64,000 nt of DNA, taken from positions 6,953 through 70,952 of the forward strand of contig QBZD01000003.1 in NCBI GenBank assembly GCA_003282485.1, read 5' to 3'. Source of the stretch: Pelagibacteraceae bacterium AG-333-C14 (GTDB taxonomy: Bacteria > Pseudomonadota > Alphaproteobacteria > Pelagibacterales > AG-422-B15). Numbering within the stretch: the first letter of the stretch is position 1; every line of letters starts with the position of its first letter. Position numbers and translations under genes: made by a program. Below the pieces are notes generated by a model, which was given only the letters and a program-made list of their open reading frames with translations, was not told where the DNA came from and made no database searches. Shown here in pieces: positions 54,758-64,000 of this stretch.

Positions 54758-56404
54758 TTACATGTTTGCATACTTTGGCCCACCTCCACCTTCAGGTGTC
54801 ACCCAATTAATATTTTGCGACGGCTCTTTGATATCGCACGTTTTACAGTGAATACAATTTTGACTATTGATCACAAATCTAGGTGTTTGATTTTCATTAT
54901 CTTGATGAACTTCGTAAACTCCTACAGGACAATATCTTTGTGAAGGTTCGTCGTATTCGTTCAGTGTATAACTTATCGGTAATTCACTATCTTTTAGTTG
55001 AAGGTGAACAGGTTGATTTTCTGTATGGTATGTGCCCGTCAAATAAACCGAGCTTGACCTATCAAAGGTTAGTACCCCGTCAGGCTTAGGATATTCAATT
55101 TTTTTTGCGTCTTTAGCTTTGATAAGTGTTTCATGGTCAGCGTGCTTGTGGGATAAAGTGAATGGCATTTTTCCCCAAAATAGCCATTGATCAATTCCTG
55201 CTAATATAACGCCTAACATTGTTCCAAATCTAGTAAAGAAAGGCTTCACGTTGCGTGCTGCATGAAGTTCTTTATAAAGCCAGCTACTATTAAATTTCTC
55301 CTCGTAAACTGATAAATCAGACACTCTTTCGGAAATAAATTCATTGATAGACTCTGCGGCTAGAATTCCACTTTTCATAGCAGTATGCGATCCTTTAATC
55401 TTAGGCATGTTCAAAGTGCCGGCATCACATCCAATAAGTAACGCACCTGGCATATACATTTTTGGTAAGCTTTGAAGTCCACCTTCAATTAATGCTCTTG
55501 CCCCATATGAAATTCTTTTGCCACCAGATAATATTTTTTTAATGGCTGGATGTGTTTTAAATCTTTGAAATTCTTCAAAAGGTGAGAGATATGGGTTTGA
55601 GTAATCTAAGCCAATAACATACCCTAAATAAATTTGTTTATTTTCTGCATGGTAAACAAAGCTGCCACCATAAGTATCATTTTCTAAAGGCCATCCAACT
55701 GAATGCAAAACCATTCCCTCGTCATGATTTTCTTCTGGAACTTCCCATATTTCTTTTAAACCAATTCCATATTGCTGAGGATCAGAGTTCTCTGATAAAT
55801 TAAATTTATTAATTAATTGTTTACCTAGATGGCCTCTGCATCCTTCTGCAAACACAGTAACTTTGGCATGCAGTTCTATACCTGGTTCATATGAGTCTTT
55901 TTTTTCATTATTTATATCAAGACCCATATCATTTGTCGCAACTCCTCTTACTTTCCCTTGCTCATCATAAAGAATTTCTGAAGCTGCAAATCCAGGATAT
56001 ATCTCAACACCCATACCTTCAGCAACTTGCCCAAGCCATCTACATAAATTAGCAAGGCTAGTTATATAATTGCCTTTATTATGTTGAACGGGAGGCAATA
56101 AAAATGATGGAACAGAGAAATAACTTTTTTCGGATAGAACTAAAAATTTCTCTTTTGATACTTTAGTTTTTAGAGGGCAGCCTTCCATAGACTGCCAGTC
56201 AGGTAATAGTTCATCTAGTGCTTTTGTTTCAAATACATTTCCACTCAAAATATGGGCTCCAACCTCTGAGGCCTTCTCAACTATGCACACGTTTGCATCA
56301 GCATTAATTTGCTTTAATTTGATAGCAGTTGCTAAACCCGAGGGTCCCGCTCCGACGACAACTACGTCGTACTCCATCGCTTCTCTTTGAGTATCAGTCT
56401 CCAT
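54758..56404 (-). CDS. Electron transfer flavoprotein-ubiquinone oxidoreductase
   Basis: GAGPSG, GAHILSG, AEGCRG, KIKGSHTAMKSG, CPVGVYE...CIHCKTCDIK. Confidence 0.96.
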   Translation of the reverse strand: METDTQREAMEYDVVVVGAGPSGLATAIKLKQINADANVCIVEKASEVGAHILSGNVFETKALDELLPDWQSMEGCPLKTKVSKEKFLVLSEKSYFSVPSFLLPPVQHNKGNYITSLANLCRWLGQVAEGMGVEIYPGFAASEILYDEQGKVRGVATNDMGLDINNEKKDSYEPGIELHAKVTVFAEGCRGHLGKQLINKFNLSENSDPQQYGIGLKEIWEVPEENHDEGMVLHSVGWPLENDTYGGSFVYHAENKQIYLGYVIGLDYSNPYLSPFEEFQRFKTHPAIKKILSGGKRISYGARALIEGGLQSLPKMYMPGALLIGCDAGTLNMPKIKGSHTAMKSGILAAESINEFISERVSDLSVYEEKFNSSWLYKELHAARNVKPFFTRFGTMLGVILAGIDQWLFWGKMPFTLSHKHADHETLIKAKDAKKIEYPKPDGVLTFDRSSSVYLTGTYHTENQPVHLQLKDSELPISYTLNEYDEPSQRYCPVGVYEVHQDNENQTPRFVINSQNCIHCKTCDIKEPSQNINWVTPEGGGGPKYANM

Positions 56405-56450
56405 TATTAACTATATATTTAGTTTATAAGCATTATAATTCAATTTGTTT

Positions 56451-57200
56451 ATGACGAAGTTAGATATTCAAAATACTATAAAACTACTAAATCAATATAA
56501 ATTAAGCGGGGTTGATGAAAATATAGGAAATATGGCAAAAAATAGGTATGGAAAAGGAACAATAAAATCGCCCGATAAGTTTCAGTCAAAAGAAAAAACA
56601 GACTTTCCTCAGCATGAAATCGAAAAAGATATTCTCAATATTGATAGTCTAGAATCATTAAAAGAATACATGTCAAATTTTAAAGGCTGTGAACTTCATA
56701 AAAGCGCAACAAATATGGTCTTTTCAGATGGAAACCCAAGTGCAAAAATCATGCTTATAGGTGAGGCTCCAGGTCATGATGAGGATATTCAAGGTAAACC
56801 CTTTGTTGGAAGAAGTGGCAAGCTGTTGGATAAAATGCTAGAGGCCATCGATCTAAATCGAGAAAAAGTTTACATTGCAAATATTGTTCCGTGGAGACCA
56901 CCAAATAACAGAAGGCCAACAGACGAAGAGATTGAGATATGTTTACCAATGATAAAAAAGCATATTGAAATAGTAAATCCAAAAGCAATTTTGTTATTAG
57001 GAAGCACTGCTACTTATGCATTAATTAAAAATAATGAAGGGATTACCAAGATTCGGGGGAAGTGGTTAGATATAGAAATTAATAAAAAAAAGTATCCGAT
57101 ACTACCTACATTCCACCCAGCTTTCTTGTTAAGACAGCCAGCTCAAAAAAAGTTTTCTTGGGAAGATTTAAAAAGTTTAAAGAAAAAAGTAAAAATATAA
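56451..57200 (+). CDS. Uracil-DNA glycosylase family 4
   Basis: GEAPG..ED..GKPFVG, NIVPWRPP.NR, TFHPAFLLR. Confidence 0.93.
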   Translation: MTKLDIQNTIKLLNQYKLSGVDENIGNMAKNRYGKGTIKSPDKFQSKEKTDFPQHEIEKDILNIDSLESLKEYMSNFKGCELHKSATNMVFSDGNPSAKIMLIGEAPGHDEDIQGKPFVGRSGKLLDKMLEAIDLNREKVYIANIVPWRPPNNRRPTDEEIEICLPMIKKHIEIVNPKAILLLGSTATYALIKNNEGITKIRGKWLDIEINKKKYPILPTFHPAFLLRQPAQKKFSWEDLKSLKKKVKI

Positions 57201-57201
57201 A

Positions 57202-57807
57202 TTGAAATTTGACCCTCAGAAATTAATTGCTTTTGAAAATAACTTTTCCTTGCCCATTGCTGGTATTGATGAAGTTGGTAGAGGTCCACTTGCTGGTCCA
57301 GTAATTGCAGCAGCCGTAATACTCGATAGAAAAAATATTCCAGAAGGAATTAATGACTCTAAAAAAATTCCTAAAGCTAAGAGAATATTGTTAGCGGAAA
57401 AGATAAAAGAGAATAGTATTTATGCCTATGGAGCCGCATCCGAGATAGAAATAGATGAGATCAATATCTTACAAGCTTCATTATTAGCAATGAAAAGAGC
57501 TAGTGATAGACTATCAGTCGTTCCGAAAACAACACTTATCGATGGTAATTTTAAACCAGATATAAAAAACAACACCATTAGTATTATTAAAGGAGATAGT
57601 AAGTCTGTTTCGATTGCCGCAGCATCTATTCTTGCTAAAGTTTATAGAGACGAAATTATGCTTAAATATTCAAAGCAATTTCCAGAATATGGATTTCAAA
57701 ACAATTCAGGTTATGGAACAAAAGAGCACCTTTCAGCTCTAAAAAACTATGGAATTACCCCAATTCATCGGAAATCTTTTAAACCAGTACACAATATATT
57801 GAATTAA
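57202..57807 (+). CDS. rnhB: Ribonuclease HII
   Basis: GIDEVGRGPLAGPV, DSKK, IDGN, SIAAASILAKV, HRKSF. Confidence 0.97.
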   Translation: MKFDPQKLIAFENNFSLPIAGIDEVGRGPLAGPVIAAAVILDRKNIPEGINDSKKIPKAKRILLAEKIKENSIYAYGAASEIEIDEINILQASLLAMKRASDRLSVVPKTTLIDGNFKPDIKNNTISIIKGDSKSVSIAAASILAKVYRDEIMLKYSKQFPEYGFQNNSGYGTKEHLSALKNYGITPIHRKSFKPVHNILN

Positions 57808-57817
57808 GAAGATTATT

Positions 57818-60026
<2,209 letters not shown>

Positions 60027-60028
<2 letters not shown>

Positions 60029-60524
60029 GCTAATTTCTAATATGTCTTATAAAAAATTTAATGGACCTCAAATTCTATCAAATCTTCTACCAAATGACGT
60101 AAAGAAATTATTAAAAAACAGAGGATTTTTTGAACTAGAACTACTTTCAAATTGGGAGAAAATTGTTGGTACAAGTTTTAATAAATTGTCCTACCCAACT
60201 AAAATCAAAACAACGAACTCGAGCCCTAAAGGAAAGGGCAAACTTGTGGTTAAAGTCGATAGAAGCATATCTTTTGCTTTTGAACATGAGCATAAAAAAA
60301 TTGTAGATAAAATAAATTTATTTTTTGGCTACAATGCGGTTGAGAAGATTGAAATAATTCAAATCAATTTAAAAAATAAAAAATCCAGAAAAGATATTAA
60401 TTTCAATCAATTAGATAGTGAAATTAAAGAGAAAAATAAGACATATGAAGAGCTATCAGATTTTCCAGAACTAAAAAAAAGCTTTGAAAAAATTGCTTCA
60501 AAAATTTCTAAGACGAAATTTTGA
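60027..60524 (+). CDS. dciA: DUF721/DciA replicative helicase-operating protein
   Basis: LLSNWEKIVG...YP.KI...KINLFFGY; conserved mutY/DUF721/dsbA/smc order; the real start may be 60042. Confidence 0.75.
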
Positions 60525-60649
60525 CAAATTCTTTTTGTACTTAGAATTGTATAATAAAACCTATTAAAATTGGTAAAAATTGAGTATATTCAACATGTTG
60601 TGTATTGTTTTAGTCATTGTATACAAAATGTAGGCTATAGTTATTAAAA

Positions 60650-61261
60650 ATGAAAAATATTCATAAATTCTCTATCTTTCTTGTGTCACTCTTGTTGTCT
60701 TATCAATCGCTAGCCATAAGTAGCACATTAACAGGAATGCAGCTTGGAGATGATGCTGCTCCATTGACTATTGTTGAGTACCGTTCATTAACTTGTAGTC
60801 ACTGTGCAGATTTCAGCAATAATATTTTTCCGGAAATTAAAGAGAAATATATTGATACGGGAAAAATTAAATTTGAGGTCAGACCATTTGCGTTGAATGC
60901 AATTGATTTAAATGCTTTTAAGCTACTACACTGCACAGACGAAAAAGATTTTTTTGCTATGGAAAAACTTTTATTTCAGGATCAAAAAAAGTGGATTGTT
61001 ACAAAACAAAGTGACCGAGTGTTAGAAAACAGCACAGATGCATTAAGAACATATTCTACATTATTCAGCATTTCTGAGGACGAATTCAATTCCTGTATGG
61101 AAAATGAAGAAATAACAGATTTTATTTTAACAATGAGAATAGATGCCGTTGAGGATTATGATGTTTCCTCTACCCCATCTTTTATCATAGATGGAGACCT
61201 CTATTCGGGAAATATGTCTTTTTCAGAGTTTGAAAAGATAATTGAGAAAAAAATTAATTAA
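60650..61261 (+). CDS. DsbA family thiol-disulfide oxidoreductase
   Basis: Signal peptide, EYRSLTCSHCA, STPSF cis-Pro motif. Confidence 0.9.
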   Translation: MKNIHKFSIFLVSLLLSYQSLAISSTLTGMQLGDDAAPLTIVEYRSLTCSHCADFSNNIFPEIKEKYIDTGKIKFEVRPFALNAIDLNAFKLLHCTDEKDFFAMEKLLFQDQKKWIVTKQSDRVLENSTDALRTYSTLFSISEDEFNSCMENEEITDFILTMRIDAVEDYDVSSTPSFIIDGDLYSGNMSFSEFEKIIEKKIN

Positions 61262-63855
61262 TGAAATTTAAAAAAATTAAAATCTTAGGCTTTAAATCTT
61301 TTGTTGACCCAACTGAGTTAAATATTGAACAAGGTCTTACTGGGATTGTAGGCCCTAATGGATGCGGTAAATCTAATGTAGTTGAATCATTAAGATGGTG
61401 TATGGGAGAAACATCAGCAAAAAGTATGAGGGGCTCTGGAATGGAAGATGTGATTTTCTCAGGTACTGCAGATAGACCATCAAGAAATAATGCTGAAGTC
61501 ACGATTTATTTAGATAATGAAGATAGAAAGGCGCCATCAGAATTTAATGATCAAACAGAAATTCAAGTAAAAAGAAAAATTGAGGTAGAAAGAGGTTCTG
61601 ATTACAAAATTAATGGCAAAGACGTTAGAGCAAGAGACGTACAGAGGCTGTTTGCAGACCTTTCTACTGGAGCTCACTCACCTTCTCTTATTAGCCAAGG
61701 ACGAGTTGGGGCTCTAATAAATGCAAAACCAATAGACAGAAGGTCTGTATTGGAGGAAGCGGCTGGGATTTCTGGCCTTCACTCTAGAAGACATGAGGCA
61801 GAACTAAAACTCAAAGGTGCTGAAAATAATCTCCAGCGAGTTAAAGACTTGATGAAACAACTGAATACTCAAATAAACAATCTAAAAAAACAAGCAGAAC
61901 AAGCTGAAACTTACCGATCCATCTCCTCTGAAATCAGTAAATTAGAGGGCATAGTGCTGTTTTTAAAATGGACCTCATTAAAGGAGTCTTTCGAGAAGTC
62001 TGATGAGGATTTGAAAACAAGTGAGTCACAAATTCAAAAATTTACTCTAGAGGTTACCCAAGCAACTAACGAGCAACTAAAATCTAATGAGAAGATAAAG
62101 CCTCTCAGAGAAAAAGAGATTGAAGCCGCTGCTAAGCTTAATCGAATTAATCTTGAGAGAGACACTCTTGATCAAGAAGAGGAAAGAATAAAAGATGAAA
62201 AGAAAAACCTTGAAAATTCGATTCAACAAATAATTAGTGACAATGAACGAGAGCAATTTCAGCTTGAGGATGCAATCAAAGATCTTGAGGCATTAAAATC
62301 TAGAAGGGATACAGAAGATAATGGTCAAAATACAGATGAAATAAGCAACGAAACAATAGACCAGCTAAAAGTAGAAAAAGAAAAATTAGAAGCAAAAATT
62401 CTAGATCTTGATCAAGAGATAGAACAGTACAATCAAATAAAAAATTCTAAAAGAGATGAATGGCAAGATACACTCATAACTTCAGAAAACTTAAAATCAC
62501 GAGAGTCAACTCTTAAAGAGGTTGAAGGCTATGATGATCCACATAATTGGACATCCAAGTTTAAGGAAAAATTCTACTTCCACTTAAAAGAGATAACCGA
62601 AAAGGTAATAAGCGCAAATCAGGCATCTCAAGAAGCAAGAAATGTCTACGATAGGTCAAGTAATGAAGCTAAAAAAGCTGCAACCTTGTCACTGGAACTG
62701 AGAGAACAACTCAGACAAAAAGATGTTGAACAAAAGCAAAGTGATTGGACCTACGAATATCAAAGATTAAGTAAAACAATTAGATCGTCCAAAGAGCAGA
62801 TAGAAAAATTAGCATCCAGAAAAACAAAATCTGAAGAAGAATTGAAAAAAATTTCAAATAGGCCTGAAGAAATTGCTCAACGAAGAGGGCAATTGATTGA
62901 AACAAAAGGGTTTGCAGAAACAGAAAGGCAATTTGCTGCCGATAGACTTGCTGAAGCAGATAATGAGCTCAAAAAAATTGAGGCCAAACTTCGAAAAGCA
63001 CAAAATGATCTAGCTAATATTAGAGAGTCAAAAGGAAGAACAGAGGCCACAAAAGAATTAGCAGAATCCAGATTGAAAGAGCTAGAAGATGAGTCAAAAG
63101 AAAAGTTTAATTGTGTACCGCATGACATCGTAAGTGTTTTAAATATTGCCGAGGATCTAGATACGATGAAAACAAATGCAGATAGAACTGAAATGAGATT
63201 AGACAGATTAAAGCAACAACGTGAAACAATGGGTGCCGTAAATTTAAGAGCTGATTTAGAAACAAAAGAAATCGATGATGAATTAGAGAACATGACAAAA
63301 GAAAAAGAAGATCTCGAAAGTGCAATTAAAAAAATGAGAATCTCAATTGAGGATTTAAATAAAGAAGGTAGAACAAGGTTATTGAAAGCTTTCGATACTG
63401 TAAATAGTCACTTTAAAGATGTATTCGTAAAATTATTCAATGGAGGCAAGGCTCATCTTGAGCTTATTGACTCGGATGATCCTTTAGAAGCTGGATTAGA
63501 AATGATGGTCAGTCCGCCAGGTAAAAAATTGCAATCGATGTCTCTACTTTCAGGCGGAGAGCAAGCTCTTACTGCGCTATCATTAATATTTGCAGTTTTT
63601 CTTACCAACCCATCACCGATATGTGTACTTGATGAGGTCGATGCTCCACTGGATGACGCTAATGTAGAAAGATTCTGTGGCCTCTTAGACAGCATAACAG
63701 ACAAGACCAATACTAAGTTTTTAATAATAACACACCATGCCCTGACGATGTCTAGAATGGACAGGCTATTTGGTGTTACGATGGCTGAGCGAGGAGTTAG
63801 TCAAATAGTCTCAGTAGATCTTAAGAAAGCTGAGGAAATTGGGGCTGTTGCTTAA
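61261..63855 (+). CDS. smc: Chromosome segregation protein SMC (short, 864 aa)
   Basis: GFKSF, GPNGCGKSN, LSGGE, VLDEVDAPLDD, ITH; long coiled coils. Confidence 0.93.
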   Translation: MKFKKIKILGFKSFVDPTELNIEQGLTGIVGPNGCGKSNVVESLRWCMGETSAKSMRGSGMEDVIFSGTADRPSRNNAEVTIYLDNEDRKAPSEFNDQTEIQVKRKIEVERGSDYKINGKDVRARDVQRLFADLSTGAHSPSLISQGRVGALINAKPIDRRSVLEEAAGISGLHSRRHEAELKLKGAENNLQRVKDLMKQLNTQINNLKKQAEQAETYRSISSEISKLEGIVLFLKWTSLKESFEKSDEDLKTSESQIQKFTLEVTQATNEQLKSNEKIKPLREKEIEAAAKLNRINLERDTLDQEEERIKDEKKNLENSIQQIISDNEREQFQLEDAIKDLEALKSRRDTEDNGQNTDEISNETIDQLKVEKEKLEAKILDLDQEIEQYNQIKNSKRDEWQDTLITSENLKSRESTLKEVEGYDDPHNWTSKFKEKFYFHLKEITEKVISANQASQEARNVYDRSSNEAKKAATLSLELREQLRQKDVEQKQSDWTYEYQRLSKTIRSSKEQIEKLASRKTKSEEELKKISNRPEEIAQRRGQLIETKGFAETERQFAADRLAEADNELKKIEAKLRKAQNDLANIRESKGRTEATKELAESRLKELEDESKEKFNCVPHDIVSVLNIAEDLDTMKTNADRTEMRLDRLKQQRETMGAVNLRADLETKEIDDELENMTKEKEDLESAIKKMRISIEDLNKEGRTRLLKAFDTVNSHFKDVFVKLFNGGKAHLELIDSDDPLEAGLEMMVSPPGKKLQSMSLLSGGEQALTALSLIFAVFLTNPSPICVLDEVDAPLDDANVERFCGLLDSITDKTNTKFLIITHHALTMSRMDRLFGVTMAERGVSQIVSVDLKKAEEIGAVA

Positions 63856-64000
63856 ATGTCATCTGATCAGAATGACATTCGTAACCTGCAAGAAAAAATT
63901 CAAGCAGCCAAAAAGTCATCCTCACCTGACACTCCAAATACTCCGAAACCCATAGGAAAAATCATGAAAGTGGTGGTAGAAATTGTCGCAGCAATGGCCG
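63856..64000 (+). CDS. atpI: AtpI/AtpZ family protein, partial
   Basis: Manual translation MSSDQNDIRNLQEKIQAAKK...IMKVVVEIVAAMA; usual position after smc and ahead of the F0 operon. Confidence 0.7.
   Translation, partial: MSSDQNDIRNLQEKIQAAKKSSSPDTPNTPKPIGKIMKVVVEIVAAMA

Noticed and set aside
56451-57200. Family-4 UDG with only part of the 4Fe-4S cysteine set (FKGC, NIVPWRPP)
   Set aside because: This variant pattern is, to my knowledge, common in alphaproteobacterial family-4 UDGs.

Overview
AT-rich, very densely packed chromosome segment of a streamlined, probably marine, alphaproteobacterium (SAR11/HIMB59-like; inferred from ccrM, petABC, petP/petR-like genes, an ELM1-family gene, gene order and near-zero intergenic space). 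About 10.3-64 kb is core genome: rpoD-dnaG, carAB, trxB, uvrB/uvrC, ilvE, proC, lgt-prs-rplY-pth-ychF, petABC, hemF, greA, tRNA-Gln, ispE, ETF-QO, rnhB, ccrM, mutY, dciA, smc and the start of atpI. 1-9.5 kb is an accessory-looking redox/sulfur block downstream of tRNA-Ile2(CAT). The standout is a 704-bp integrase-less element inserted in tRNA-Ile2. It has a 49-bp att duplication starting at the anticodon loop, a pair of 11-bp arm-type direct repeats and an IHF-like site at each end, and a single secreted 4-Cys cargo gene, so it looks like a minimal one-gene cassette mobilised in trans. Other points of note are an apparently hinge-less 864-aa SMC, a ccrM promoter laden with GANTC and IHF sites, a truncated UbiK-like ORF and a candidate two-state RNA hairpin. 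No CRISPR array, rRNA, transposase or integrase was seen. All calls come from reading motifs by eye, not from database searches.
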